Source: Selaginella moellendorffii
Lineage: Eukaryota; Plantae; Lycopodiophyta
Reading direction: 5' to 3'
Assembly: GCF_000143415.4 (NCBI RefSeq)
Contig: NW_003314274.1
Location: 1,065,788 to 1,129,787, forward strand
Length of the DNA: 64,000 nt
The notes under the pieces were generated by a model. The model was not told the DNA's origin. It saw only the letters and a list, made by a program, of their open reading frames with translations, and did no database searches. Made by a program: the position numbers and the translations under genes. The stretch's first letter is position 1; each line of letters starts with the position of its first letter. Positions 1 to 13,229 of the stretch are shown here, piece by piece.

Positions 1-599
1 TTCTTATTTTACATTGTTTCTTGTGTGTGTAGCTGATGAGAACGTCCTCTTTATCAAGTAAGCCCAAGGACAGCTGTGCCCACACTATCAAACACTTAGA
101 CAAGATAAATTCTGGTGGTGAGAAGGTGAAATTAAAAGATTCCAAATGTATAAGCTTTAATGGCTATTTCAATGGTTTTGCATAATGTAGGTCTTTAGTG
201 GTGGAATTGACTTGAAGAGTTTTGTATGGATAAAAACCACTAGTGTGTACCATGGATGAATTTGAGGTTGTTTTTCATTTAAGTTTTGCTTCTCGCTATG
301 ACATAAAAAATGTTTGCATAAAATTTTATTTCTAACAATTGAAAATGATGCTGAAAGACATTGTCAAGTTGATGAATTATATTAAAGAGTTCCTCCAAAC
401 TCTTTATAGACTGAGAATGATGCAAGTGTTACTATATACTCTCTTTATGAAAGTTATCAATGAAGTAGAATTTGTTTTGATTTGGATCTTTCATTGGAAC
501 ATGATTAATCAAGTGAGTTAAGTTTTTCAATATAGGACAAACATAAGTTTCAAAAACATTTAAAGAGTCTTTTTGTAGAGAATTATAGTGATGAAACTT

Positions 600-1040
600 C
601 TGCTAAAAATGTTGTAGAAAAGGTTAAGGCTGAGTTAAAAGAGGCTGAGGCTGAGTCAAAAAAGAAAGAGCCAGATGCTATAGCACTAAAGTGTAAGGCT
701 CAGGAAGTTGAGATTAAGAATTTGTGAAGAGAAATTAAGAAAGAGAACAAAAAGAGGAAAAAAAAAAAGCTAAAGCAACTAAACCAACTAGATCTAAACA
801 ACTAAATTCCTTTTTAAGTTCTGAGGATGATGAAATTTTGCAACCACCTTTGGTTGTATAAATTTCAAAGTTCAAGCCTTCAAAACTACCCAATTTTAAA
901 AGCATGTGGGATTATCAGGTTTTGGAAGATTAGGTTTACGATATAGAAAATTATTTCGTACTGGTAGACATAAATAATTGTATGAAAGTTGTGTGCACGC
1001 AATCTTTTTTCACTGATTATACCAAAACTTTGGTTAAATC
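600..1040 (+). mobile_element. Highly degenerate LTR-retrotransposon gag remnant
   Basis: Positions ~865-965 read KFKPSKLPQF-KSMWDYQVLED*VYDIENYF. This resembles the gag segment of the element at ~31570-31670 (KYKPKPPLIFKGVNDYKAVED*IYNMEDYF). AT-rich, with stops. Confidence 0.5.
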
Positions 1041-1395
1041 TTCCATAACTTTGAGATAAAATCTCTTTCTGAAATGTTGAATCTTGGCAATTACATACTG
1101 CAAAGTCTCATATTTGTCACACTCGCCACTCCCAGTCTTCCCATCAAAGCCCTCAGCTCTATTGCCCTTGCATTGTCACATCCCCAACTTCTTGGTAGTT
1201 CCAGCCTGTCACAACTGAAGATGCTCCTAGAATATACCTGGATGTGTCCTCCATCTCAAGAGCAACAGAGTTTTCTACTGTTTTTGATCCATGCTGCCTC
1301 TTGGGGCACCTGAAGAAAAGAATCCATACCTGTTTTCGAATTTTTTAACTAGGAAAAGAATGTGAAGCAAGTATTTATTATAATAAACCCTAAGC

Positions 1396-2916
1396 TTATT
1401 TGACCGGCATTGACTGCCATTTCATGGCCGTGGACACAAGGACGTATGGCGCCGCCGAGTTGACCCTCTCCAGCTTGGCGGCGTGCCTGGCGGCGCGCCC
1501 GGCGTCAAGGTGCCTCTTGCAAGCCCCCACCAAGCACCGCCAGTCCACATCATCTGGAACAAACGGCATGGCCGCCACGAGATCTTCCGCCTCGCCCACT
1601 CGCCCCGCTCGTCCCAGCGCGTCCACCACGCACGAAAAGTGCTGCTTGTGTGGCCTCAGCCACCGATCCTCCACCATCGCCACCATCCAGCTCCAAGCAC
1701 CGCCCACGTCCCCGGCTTGGCTACAAGCCGCCATCACCGAAACCAGCGACGTCTCGTTCGCCGCCACCCCCTCGGCCTCCATCTCGCGAAGAACTCCCAC
1801 AGTCTCCTCCACCTCCCTGCTGTTGTGCGCCTTCGCGGCGAGCATCGCGTTCCACACCGATCCGTGCTGCCTCTCCGGGCACCGCTCCAGCAGCCTCCGT
1901 GAGCTCGCCAAGTCCCCGGCTTGGCCATAGCCGATGACCATCGAGCTCCACGAGAGAGCGTCCCTCTCCACCATCGCGTCGAACAAGCTCTTGGCACCGG
2001 CGAGATCCCTGCTCTGGTTGTACGCCGCCAGCATCGCGTTCCACGACACGAGGTTCTTCTCCGGCATGGCGGCGAAGAGCTCCTCGGCCTCGCCAAACTC
2101 CCCGTCCCTGGCGTGCGCCACCACGGCTGCCGTGCAAGTTACAACGTTGTGCTCGGGCATCTGGACGAACAGCTCCATGAGGCTTTCCAGGCTCTCGCTC
2201 TCGGCCAGCACTCCAAACATGGCCGTCCACGACACCTCGTTCCTCTCCGGCATCGCCTCCAGCACTGCCTTGGCCGCGGAAAGATGCCCGTTCTGAGCGT
2301 ACGCGTCCAGGAGAGCTGTCCAGGCCACAACGTCGGTCTCCTCCATCCCATCAAACACCACCCTGGCTTCGTCCACCCGGCCCGAGCTCCCGAAAACCAC
2401 CACCATGGTCGTGCTCCCGACCAAGTTCCTCTCCGGCATCGCCTCAAACACGTCCCTGGCCTCGTCTGCATGCCCGTTCTGGGCATAGGCCGAGAGCATC
2501 CCGTTCCAAGACACCTGGTTCCGAGCCGGCATTGCATCAAACACCAGCTTTGCCTCGTCCACTCTTCGGTTCTCTGCATAAGCTGTAACCATCGCTGTCC
2601 AGGCCACCAAGTTCTTCTCTGGCATGTCGTTGAACACCTGTCTTGCCTCTCGAGCGTGCCCGTTCTGGCCATAGGCGGTCATCATCAGCGTCCATGAGAA
2701 ACTGTTCCTGTAAGGGAGCCCGTCGAATACCAGTCTCGAGTCCTCCACACTTCGGCACTTCCCATACATCTGAAGGAGCATGTTGGAGAGGTAGAGTCCC
2801 GAGTGAGCCATGTGTTCGCTTTGCACAACCCGGGAGTGGACATGCTTGGCTTCCCAGAGTATCCGGCATGAACTTATGATCGAGACCAACTCTTCGAATG
2901 TCACCGCAGCGAACAT
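1396..2916 (-). CDS. PLS-class pentatricopeptide repeat protein (tandem 31-aa S/SS motifs, C-terminal E domain, no DYW)
   Basis: Intronless ORF with repeated FDxMPERNxVSWNAMLxAYAQNG motifs. C-terminus HFSCVVDALGRAGRVGEAEDLVAAMPFVPD..W..LVGAC. First ATG at 2916. Confidence 0.93.
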   Translation of the reverse strand: MFAAVTFEELVSIISSCRILWEAKHVHSRVVQSEHMAHSGLYLSNMLLQMYGKCRSVEDSRLVFDGLPYRNSFSWTLMMTAYGQNGHAREARQVFNDMPEKNLVAWTAMVTAYAENRRVDEAKLVFDAMPARNQVSWNGMLSAYAQNGHADEARDVFEAMPERNLVGSTTMVVVFGSSGRVDEARVVFDGMEETDVVAWTALLDAYAQNGHLSAAKAVLEAMPERNEVSWTAMFGVLAESESLESLMELFVQMPEHNVVTCTAAVVAHARDGEFGEAEELFAAMPEKNLVSWNAMLAAYNQSRDLAGAKSLFDAMVERDALSWSSMVIGYGQAGDLASSRRLLERCPERQHGSVWNAMLAAKAHNSREVEETVGVLREMEAEGVAANETSLVSVMAACSQAGDVGGAWSWMVAMVEDRWLRPHKQHFSCVVDALGRAGRVGEAEDLVAAMPFVPDDVDWRCLVGACKRHLDAGRAARHAAKLERVNSAAPYVLVSTAMKWQSMPVK

Positions 2917-3079
2917 ATCAAGCCACTCCAACCAAGAGCCTGGGAAGAAAAGAATCCAGCTTCGTTATTTTCATCTCTTCCTCACCTTGAGAAGAGGTAG
3001 AATAGCTTATATATATACACAAGCCCCAAAGTCATCAAAAACACAAAATTTTTAACCTGGTACGCCAGAAGCTCAGTGC

Positions 3080-4251
3080 TTAGTACGGTATCAGTATAGA
3101 ATCGATGAGCTCTTGCAGTGGTGCGAGCTCCTTCTTTTCGACGAGGTTGAATTCCTGTCAAATGAATCACTTAGTAAGTCTCAAAACTTTCAATGAAGTG
3201 ATACTTACGAATGTGAACAAGATGAAGTGTTTGAAGCAAGTATTTAGGTGAGCCTCTTCTTTGAGGCTGACAATCTTCTGGAAATGCGAGTGGTATATGT
3301 GGGCGTATACCCGGAATAATCTTTTGAAAATGGTCTTTACAACCTCCTTGAAGTTGGGAGGAAACGGTGCGCCTGCAGAAGATAAGACAAGTCTTTAGAT
3401 GCCACTTTCTCCCAATCACCAAACAGACGTACCAAGTTTCTGGGGAAAGATCGCTTCGTCGTCGAGCTGGCCTTCGATCCAATCCATAAGATACTCGACG
3501 TACTTCGGAGCCGAGACTTCAATGGGCTTTTTTATTTGAATGCCATCGGCCCATCGATACTCGTATCTACGCAATTAAAGTGAGAATTCACGAGCGAGCG
3601 AGTCACTGTCCAAGCTTACTTCGGTCCAGCAGACATGGTTGGACAATTCTCTGGCGTGCAAAACTCCGTCAACGTCCCGTAGAGAAGATTCACCTGATTG
3701 AAAAAGTCCACCGCTGCATAGCAAAGACTTGAAGTTAGCTCAAAACCTGGAATACGAGCAAGAACAACAACAACAACAAAAAAAAAAAAAAAACGCAGCG
3801 AGGGAAGAACGAGATTACTGTTGATGGCCAACCATTCGTTTAAGTCTTCTCCGGGAGGTAACCGGACTGCTTCTCTCAGGTTACCACTCCCTAAAGTGGC
3901 ATCAATGTGCTTGCGAAGCTGGGCACCCTGATAAAAAAGAAAAAGCAAACCAATGAGCTTAAGTTCTTCGCGCAACCAGCAAAGTAAAAGGAGAATGATA
4001 AAGCCCGATAGCTTTCTTTGCTACTCACCTTGCTTCCAGAGGGAGCGCTCTTTTTAGGCCGGAAGGTACGCTGATTCCTGCGAGAGCAGCGCCACAGGCA
4101 TTAGCTCAATGTAGCCCTAATTGCGGGAGAGAGAAGCAAGCAATGCCGGGATCGGGCAATGGCGCGATGGAAGGGCAAGCGAAATCTTGCAGCGCCAGCT
4201 CCAAGAAGAGGAGAATCGATCGAAATACCTGCCCAGCCCGAAGAGGCTCAT
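3080..4251 (-). CDS. MOB1: MOB kinase activator 1 (multi-exon)
   Basis: Exons splice to MSLFGLGR|[16 protein letters not shown]|[36 protein letters not shown]...[19 protein letters not shown] at 4251, TAA at 3080-3082, GT-AG introns. Confidence 0.96.
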
Positions 4252-4825
4252 GGCGCGAAACGCGGCCGTGTCGAAATTCGGCGACGACGAGAGCGATCGA
4301 TCGGTGGCGCCGCGCTCGCTCGCCCGCTGTTCTTGAGCTCGAGCGAATGATTAGGATTGCTACAGTGTTAAAAAAAACTTTTATATGCGTGCAAGGGAAA
4401 TCTCGGCCGTACTGTCCACGTCAGGCGAATGGTAACCGTCGATCCTCCGCTAACCGAATAGAAGAAGATACTTCCTTTATAAATGTACACGAAGAAGAGC
4501 CACGAAGAACTCACTGCTCGGACTTTTTGTACAGGCTTGTCGATCGATCGATCTCTCTTTCTCTCTCTCTCTCTCTCTTTCGAGTGACTATATACCATCA
4601 CAGCTTCACTGCTTAGCTCCAAGAAAGAAGGAAAAAAAAAAAACGGAAGAAAAACTCGGTACCTCGAAAGTTAAGTTCGCTCGCTTCGCGTTCGTTGTTG
4701 GATGATCGCTCTTCTCGCCTCCAACCTTGTGTGAGTAGCGATAAGCTTCGTTCTCGCTTCCTCGCGCTTGCAACATCTTCGCCTTTGAGCGAAAGCTGGA
4801 AAGCTGGAAGTTTGTGACAAGCCTG

Positions 4826-7800
4826 CTATCTCCTCCGGCCATAACCAGCTGCCAGAGGCCTTCTCTGGCGAGAAACGCTGGATCTCGCCGCGCTACCAGC
4901 GTCATATGCTCCTCCACGGCCACCTCCGGGACTTCTAGATGGAGACGACGAGGACCAGTTCAATGGCTGCGTAGTTCCACCACTTCTCTCGTCTTCTTCT
5001 CTCTCGTTGTACTCCAAGACCAGCCTTTTGATATCCTGCTTCTCTTCCAGCTCCGCGGCTTCTTTCTGCCTCGTGCTTTGCACAAGTGACGAGTCTCGCG
5101 GGATCTTGAGCTGCTTGAGCTGATGCTTGTTGCCTTTCTTCACGAGAACTCTGAAAGCCACGTTGTGTCCCGAGCCGTGCTCGTCAATGCCTTCGTCGCC
5201 ACTCTCGGGGTCCTGTGCTCGGCCGTGGTCTTTGGTCCCCTCGAGCAGATTCATCGGCATCATCATGTTGAGCGTTGGCCGTGCTCGCAGCTCCGACTTC
5301 CTCGAGTCGACGCTCTCTTGCATCAAGGCCCGGAGCTCCTTCTCAAAGTCGGCGTCCTCAAGGGGATCCACTTCTTTCGACTTGCACCGGAGCTTGACGT
5401 GGTCGTCCTCCTCCGACACCGCTGCGTGCTCGAGCTCCGCTTCTTCTTCTTCCTCCTCGCCTTCTTCGTCTCGTTCGACGTCGTCCTCCTCCTCCTCGTG
5501 TCCGTCCATGCTTCCGCTTTCCGTCTCACTGAGGCTCTCGCCTTCGTCAACTCCATTCTCACGACGAAGACCGTTGCCTCCGTTCCCGACCACTTGACTT
5601 GGCTCCGCAGAGAAAGGCACTTCCATCTCTAAGTACTTCCCGTTGGCCGCCTTCTCCATCATCATGTTTTCTCTTTCTTCCATCTCTAACAGTGCTTGAT
5701 TCGCTTCCTCGAATGTTGCGTACCGTGTCATTTTCGGGCGCAAGTCTGCGAAAAGGTCCTGTAGCGAGAGCAAGAGCGATGTTAAAAATCACCACAGTCC
5801 CTGTGAGTCGAATAGACGTTACCTGTAGATCGAACTCCACGTCCAGAGGAATCGATCCCTTCGCAAGGACATATCTTTGAAAGAACAATAGAAACCTGTC
5901 CAGTTTCCTTTTCGACGAGCCTCGATCGAAAAACTGGCCACACGTCTGAAGAAGCATTATCACCAGTCGGATACGAAAATAATCTTCTGTAGGATCCAGA
6001 AGTTCTTGCTGCATGCAAAAGGTTTAGTTTTAAAACCAAGATAAAAAAGCCTAGAAACCATACCTCGGGAGTTCCGTGACCATAAAAGATGATCAGGTAA
6101 AGAGTTTCAAATATTACGCAGGAGTCAATAAGTCGATAGTTATAGAGCTCGCCTAAAAACCGCATGAATACTATCCTACGCTGCTGCATGCCATACTCAT
6201 TCTGCTCCAATCCTACTCTGATTTCTTCAAGCACCTGAAGATAAAAGAAAAGCAAAAAGAATTACAAGATATTACAAGGAGAAACACCAACAAACAAACC
6301 TCATCCACAACTGCAACAGCAAATGAGTCATGGTAGCGATTTAAACCAGCCGTCAGGGACGCGACTAGATGTACTTGGTTGTATTTGATCTTATGAACCT
6401 TCATGAAACACTTCAAAACATAATCCTCGCATTCATCCCATGGCATTTTGCGCAGTTGTCGCAAAATACGCTCGATGGAGGACTTGTCGAGATCTAAAAA
6501 CAGTAGCTTTCGGATGTACTGCAGTGAAGACCACATTCTCTGTCAGTTGATTGCTGTAAGACAAAAGTGAATTACCTGATGTAAAAGAGGCCGAACTTTG
6601 GAGACACGGGCTGATCGCTCTGGAGGCCGGCATTGATAATAGGCATTTTCGACCAGTGTGCTATGCCGGGCATCAAGATTCTTCACGTTCTTTAGCCGCA
6701 TAATAATATCTAGCATGTTTCCCATTCTAACGGACGTTTCTGGAGAGCGGTATAAGAATCGACCACAGGTCTCGAGCAAGTTGCAAGCTACATCGATGTT
6801 ATGGTGGCTGAAATCGTCCAAGCAAGACTGTAACATCCGAAAAATACTTAGAGATCACAGTTAGCTACGACGTTCTCACCTTTAAACATGTAAATATCAG
6901 GGTGGAAGGAGCCACCCGGAACTTAGCCAGCTCTCCTAAGAATCGAATATTTTTTATTTTAGTTTCGATGTTCATTTGATCCTGCAAAGAGCAAACGATA
7001 GGAACTGGCTTTAAATAAATGAGCTGTAAGTCACCTTCTTATTTATGAGGAAGTTGAATTCGTCCTCAAGCAACTGAAGAAGCATTGGAGTGATGTCTTT
7101 CATGCAAGTCGAAAGCGTCGCTACCATCCTAGAATAGTGCGGCAGCAGCTCTAACGAGGTGCGAGGCACATTAAACAACGTCCGCACCAGTTTCTTTCTG
7201 TTGCTTTTTGAGTTCACGTAACAAAAATCGACCTGCAAATCCAGGATTAGTAATACGATTAAAAGACAACCAGAATTCATACTGTGAGCTGATCGATCAA
7301 ATCCCGACTGACTGCTCCAGGAAGTCTTTGCAAGAGGCTGTCAAGATTTCCACCATCCCCAAAAGTTTTCCACTTCTCTTTCTCGTGTTCCTTTTCCTTC
7401 CGGCTACTTTCAGGTTCATCTTTGTCCTTCTCCTTCTCTCTAGCCTTTTCAGAGTTTGGATTCTTTTCTTCAGGAACGACTTCACCGCTAGCATTCTCGG
7501 CCTCATTTGATGGAACATGAACTTCCGGTGTACCAAGTTCGGAGTCAGCTCGTACTTCCTGTTACAAAGAGAGAATAAAAAGGAAACCGCTACCGGCTTA
7601 TTCAAGGATATTGTGTTTCACCTGTTCTGGCGTTTTCGATTCACCAGCTTTTGACTCTGATTCTCCCAGTAAAACAGCAGGAACAAAGGCCCTAATACAA
7701 TTCATTAGACGCAGACTAGAATCTAGAATGAACGACATTAAGTACCGTAAATCTGGAAGACCTTCGTAAAATAGCCGAGTGTCTTCGTCATCCCATATAG

Positions 7801-9245
7801 GCTCCACGGATGCAGGTTCTTTTCCTGCAGGCGAAGAAGCCCCTTCTTCCCCCGCCGACAGGCGCGTTGTATGAGCATCCTCTGGCATCACAGGTGGTTG
7901 TATGTCCATCGCTTCGGCCAGTCTAAAGGTGTTTAGCAATACGGTAAATCCACTAGTGTGATTGAATCGACTTACGAGGAAATACTCCGAAAGAGATGGT
8001 CGTATGACTTCCGCATTTTTTCGTAGGACGCAGCATTTTCCTCGCTAAGTTCCCCTTTAGCGTTGAGCATGCGGGCATTTTCGTGTTCGATCTGACGAAG
8101 GGCCTGAAAAGAAATGGGGAGCATGAACTCGTCGAAAATTAAATCCGATCGCAAAAGTTACCGCATGTTCGGACTGAAGGAGAAACACTGCAGAGTCGTA
8201 AAAGGATTGTATCATTTTCTTCAGCTGCTTCTTGTGATCCTGACTAGCGTTAATCTCTTTGTAAAACTGCACGAAGCGAGGACGTTCCAGTCATTAGCTC
8301 GGAGTGATATTCCATACCTCCTCTTGGCCGTCAGGACCTCCCAGTGGGAGCCCGAGTAGAAACCTCCCTTGGCGTGTAAAAGCTACAAGCAACGACAGGT
8401 TTGTTTGCGTTGCCTCTCGATCTCGCAAGTGGTCACTGCTTGTAAGGTCCTTGACAATGCTAACGAAGATCCCAGCGTCTTCAGTAACCCCGCAGACGTA
8501 GAGCTCCATCAAAAGCTTGAGAGTACTTCGCTTTCTCATAGCCCGAGAGCTCCGATCACTGTCTAGCTCTTCGCCAGCCTTCCCCGGCAAGAACACTTTC
8601 AATAGACCTTGTACGAGGTTGGGAGCAAAGTCTTTGTACCTTTGATGAAGCAAAGAGCACACCTGGAACAGGGAGAGATAAGAAAAGCATACAGTGCTTG
8701 GTAACGCTAAGAATCGAGCAAGTTTACCTGGACAGCAGCATTGATGTCGGAGCTTTTAAGCTTGGCATCGCAAATGGACGTCACAGCCTCGGTCACAAAC
8801 TTGCTCAAATTCACGGACTTGAGCTCCTCTAGTAACCCATCACGCTGCTCTTCATTGATCTGCTTGAGCTTCTTAATCACAGCGGTATTGCGTTTGATAC
8901 TCGAGTCCAAAGTTCTAAGGAAACTTGCATCTGAAAAGGGAAAGAAGGAAAAAAAAAAATTCGAGAGATTGGTTCACCAACACTCTCACACATTACCAGG
9001 TCTATCCGGAGAAAAATTTGCACGACGCAGAGCTCGCTTGGCTTCTATTTGTTTCTTCATCTCTTCCAGCCGCGTGTGAGCTTCCTAAAGTCCCCAAACG
9101 AGCAGCAATCAGCCAACGATCGAGTAAAATCTCCCTCCGCGATAGTAGAAAAACTCACCTCGTCCTCATCCTTGCCCTTCAGCTCGCGCCTAGTGTCTTC
9201 ATCGGGAGCATCCCCCGGCCGCGCCATGGCACTCAGCTCCGCCAT
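4826..9245 (-). CDS. UPF2: Regulator of nonsense transcripts 2 (three MIF4G domains, acidic C-terminal region), multi-exon
   Basis: LDSSIKRNTAVIKKLKQI, SHHNIDVACNLLETCGRFLYRSPET, FLGELYNYRLIDS, DYFRIRLVIMLLQTCGQFF and the C-terminal EEKQDIKRLVLEYNERE. Confidence 0.95.
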
Positions 9246-10625
9246 TAGGGTTCTTCACAAACCATTAAATCACTCAAAATTAACAAAGCTAATTCATTTA
9301 ATTAACAATAAAATTAAACTTTCTTAAACACCTATAAGTAAGAAATTAATAAAACCACAGAAAATTATTGTTTATCCATGCTTCAACCAATTTTACAATT
9401 ATCAGCTATACGCACTTTTGTACGGGCAGCCATTTATGGAGATCTCTTTGCTACAATTTTTTTTTTTATTTCGTCTGTCATAGAAATTATATAAATTATT
9501 GAGAGTTCACGTAATTATGGAGAACATTTACGCCGTGTATTTTTCAGCCCAATCTTGTGAGCCCTCATGAAACAGCGTAGGCCATCCTGTTTTGCAACTC
9601 AAAAATGGTCTCCAAAACGCGGACGAGACTTGGTCTTTGGCAACTTGAGAAGTTTAGGATGTGTTGATTCTCGTCAGCTTTCGATATTTTCCATCTCTGG
9701 TCAACTGGAATTGAGCTGGAGTGTGAAGTAGTACCAGTTGTGGAGGATCTGGATGCGCCGCTACTTGAGATTTTCAAGCTCCATGGACCACGGATTGCAC
9801 CAAATCACTCAAAAAAAGAGTAGACGACATGGCCCTATGGCGGATCCCGCCCAAGCCCGCGGCCTGAGAGGTACAGGAATCCCAGCTGACCCGCTGTCGA
9901 GCGCTTGCACAGCGATGCACAGCGATGATTTTGCCACACATTTCTCGGGCCTGAGGCTGGCAACCAAGGCTTGGATCCTGACAACGAAGGGGAAAGAAAA
10001 AAAGCAAAAAGCCACCAAGCAAATCAGTGCCCCACAGTTGGCCACCATCAGTGGTAAAGAAGTCGAATGGATCGCACGACGAATACTCAGTGGGCCCTAA
10101 ACATACCTCACAGGAAAAAAGGATGAAAAGCTTCAATAGCAATCTGATTGATCAATCCTCTCTCTAGGCAAGCAAATTTTTCAAAGCTATACATAACTTA
10201 TCTCAAACGAGCTTAAGAACATGGTCGCTTAAATACAAAGTTGATATGCTAATGTGGAGGTGGATTTTTTGCTGCTGAGTTGACCTTCAGAAAATTCATG
10301 ACCATGCAAGTTTTGAGAAAGTTTAAAGTTTTTTACAAAGTTTTATGGGCCCATGGGAAAATCCTAGTTTAAAGTGTGGCCAATGGTTTTTGTCACAAGG
10401 GTTTTGGCACTTTGTCTCCATCACTATTGCAGCTTTGTAGCTACAATAGAAGCCATACCTCTATAGCAATCAAAAGGTGATTTCCAGGTCCAGCCCCAAA
10501 ACTGGAAGAGGAAGATTACTTAAAAGCTCTTGCTGGGACCTGTATACATAGATTCAACGCAAGAGATCAGATTAAACACAATCAAATTAATATCACGATG
10601 CTTAAATCTAAACCATAATCAAATT

Positions 10626-12128
10626 TCAAATCCAGCTGGTCTCCATCAAGCTCACAAACGTTTTCATGTCACGCTCGGGCAGCCCATGCACCAGTTCGAA
10701 TCCCTTGCGCGACTCCCCGTGGGGTAGAAACAGTGCCACCTCCGCCTCTGGCAAGCTGGCTGGCGCAGTGAAGAGCGGTGTGCCCCACCCAAAGTCAGTC
10801 GTGTGGAATGCCAGCCTTGACCACGTTGTTATGACCAGCGTTGACTCCAAGCTCGGCCGTAGCCTTGTCTGCTCGAAGAAATCGATCACGGAGCGAAGAT
10901 AAGCATTGTCGATCTTGGCGATCGCCGCGCGAATGAGCTCGATGGCGTGAGAGAGCGATCCCTGCAACAAATCCTCCACGCTAGTGAGAGCGCAAGTGAG
11001 GAGGATTCCATTCCCGACGTAGCCTCGCGGGAGTGCGGGCGAGAGCCTGTTCCTGGCGTCCACCGCGAAGAGGAGCTTCGTTTGCCTGCTCGAGAGACGA
11101 TCACTGCTCGTCGCCATGGTTCTACACTTCCACACCAGCGCCGTGAAAGCCTCGAAGCTACTGCACTTGTCCAGAACTCCCTCCCGGAGGATGGCTTCCT
11201 TGAGAGAGCTCAGCTTCTTCTCATCGAAGGCGATGGACTTGAAGACGAGCTCGCTCTTCTCGGCCGGTTGATCGCTGGGTGGCTGATCCACCTCCAGGAA
11301 CTCCGGATGCGGGAATTCGATCTGGAGTGGGTTTCTGGCTCGGAGGGAGCTCCTGTCAAGGCACGGAGGGACCGAGAGAGGAACCCCTCGAGCAAGCTCC
11401 GACCACGAGTTTACAAATTCCATAGCGGCTATACCATCGAAAATTGCGTGGTTTAGAGACAGGCCGAGAACGAATCCCCCGCACTGGAATCTGGTCACCT
11501 GGAGGAGAGATCGTGAATTGCAAAAAACGAATTTTTCCTTCTTTTTTAAAATGAGAGAAGATGTATGGTGTACCTGGGCGACCAGCGGAGGAATGTCGAG
11601 CACGCTCTTTGCACCAGGAACGCTGTAGACGAATTGCCTTAGATTTGCATCCAGGCCTTGCCCGAGCTTCGAGTCCTTGACAAACTGCTCAAGCGAGACA
11701 TTTGCATCGGCCTCGACAAACAAAGCACCTTGGTCGTTGCACAAAACTTCCAGCTTCATGTCCCGGCTCAAAGCCAGCCTTCCTGCAAGGGGGTAGTACA
11801 AAATGAGAATTTCCTCCAGTGACTTCTTGACAACATCCACAGGATCTCGTGGAGCTGCAGGACAATCGTCAGCATCCAAAACTCGAGAATTATCATCACG
11901 AGTGGTACCTTGCTGGAGCTCGGATGATCCCGATCCTTTGTAGAAATAGACGGTTTGCATGATAACAGCCAAGTTCTGGTCCAAGTTCGTGAGGAAGTAG
12001 CGTTCATCCTTGTGTTGCGCGGAGCTTGACTTTGCGGGAGGAACCAGAATTGGCTCGTGGGTATTCACCACGCAGCACGAGGACTTAACTCCCTGCTGCT
12101 GCTGCTGCTGTGGCTCTTCCACGCCCAT
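10626..12128 (-). CDS. BAHD acyltransferase (omega-hydroxyacid feruloyl transferase-like)
   Basis: HXXXD (HAIFD) and DFGWG motifs, plus YFLTNLDQNLAVIMQTVYFY. One intron at ~11500-11573 after AQ. ATG of MGVEEP at 12128. Confidence 0.9.
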   Translation of the reverse strand: MGVEEPQQQQQQGVKSSCCVVNTHEPILVPPAKSSSAQHKDERYFLTNLDQNLAVIMQTVYFYKGSGSSELQQGTTRDDNSRVLDADDCPAAPRDPVDVVKKSLEEILILYYPLAGRLALSRDMKLEVLCNDQGALFVEADANVSLEQFVKDSKLGQGLDANLRQFVYSVPGAKSVLDIPPLVAQVHHTSSLILKKKEKFVFCNSRSLLQVTRFQCGGFVLGLSLNHAIFDGIAAMEFVNSWSELARGVPLSVPPCLDRSSLRARNPLQIEFPHPEFLEVDQPPSDQPAEKSELVFKSIAFDEKKLSSLKEAILREGVLDKCSSFEAFTALVWKCRTMATSSDRLSSRQTKLLFAVDARNRLSPALPRGYVGNGILLTCALTSVEDLLQGSLSHAIELIRAAIAKIDNAYLRSVIDFFEQTRLRPSLESTLVITTWSRLAFHTTDFGWGTPLFTAPASLPEAEVALFLPHGESRKGFELVHGLPERDMKTFVSLMETSWI

Positions 12129-13229
12129 TCTTGGCAAAAGAGATCGATGATCGTGGAACAGCTTAAAGGACACTGCCGCTCTGCACGGTTCTAGCTCAGC
12201 CTTGGACAATCCAGCAGGCTTTTATCTCCAGACTTCTATGCAGCCTGCACCACCATTGCCAGTTTAAAAGCATCAGTACACAGGGAAGTTTCAGTGGCGA
12301 AGAGCATTTATTTCTAACGTGATCATCCAACAAACTTACCAGCAAAATGAATTCATTTGACAGCTCGAAGCGAACCAAAAGAACAAGATGAGGAAGCACC
12401 GAAAGAAGAGAAGAAAAAAAAAGAAGAAATCGTACTTTGTTGACACTCCACCACCAAAGAATCGGCTTTGTCTCGATTCTCAATGGTGGATTCCTGAGCA
12501 AAGAGCCGGACGGATAGCTTTAGAATGTTACATGTAACTTAAAAGCAGCCCCACACCACACCAAAGATAAAGACTTTGGAAGAAGTTCTCTCTTTTTTCT
12601 TTTCAATCATGTTTGCAGCCGCGGCGAAATACAGGTAGAAAACAACAGGAGTGGAAGAAAAATGAAACCAAAGAAGCATCCATGGAGTCCAAATTTCTCG
12701 ATGGGCAAGATCGTGCATTCCAATGAGATTGAGATTGTAGCTAGCTAGATATGGATCTAGGAACCCTAATCGCGATTTCTTACCTGGAAGAGAGCCCTGG
12801 GCTGGGCGCTAATTAGTGTGCGAAGAACCCTAGGACCACTGCCTTTATCTGGTTGGTGGTCCACTTTGAATGCAACCCAATAAACCCTAAAGTTTCAAAA
12901 CATTTTTCCCGCCAGATAACGTTGAATCTCAGTCGTCCATCGCGCGCTGGCGTGATAGGAATAGGTGCGGGAGTTCTAGGGTTTTCGCGCTCTTGTATGG
13001 CGGGGAATGGGAGACCATGATGCGCGGCAGAGGATTTTGATGCGCGGTGGGCGCTGGCATTGGCGCAATGTAGGCCACAGGCAGGACGTCTTGCCAGATT
13101 TTGAGGCACAGCCTTAGATTTTGGGCAGAGCGGCTGGGCAGTCTCGATTTGCTTCCAAGACATGTAAGTTCTCTCAATGCTGCAGGCCTGACGCTTGCGC
13201 TGTGATCGATGGAATTGTTTTGCTTCATA

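Noticed and set aside
1400-2879. Many overlapping ORFs on both strands of the PPR gene
   Set aside because: Shadow ORFs of GC-rich coding sequence; the same applies to germin, BAHD and UPF2 antisense ORFs.
9565-10142. Small ORFs between UPF2 and the BAHD gene
   Set aside because: No recognisable domain or consistent gene model.
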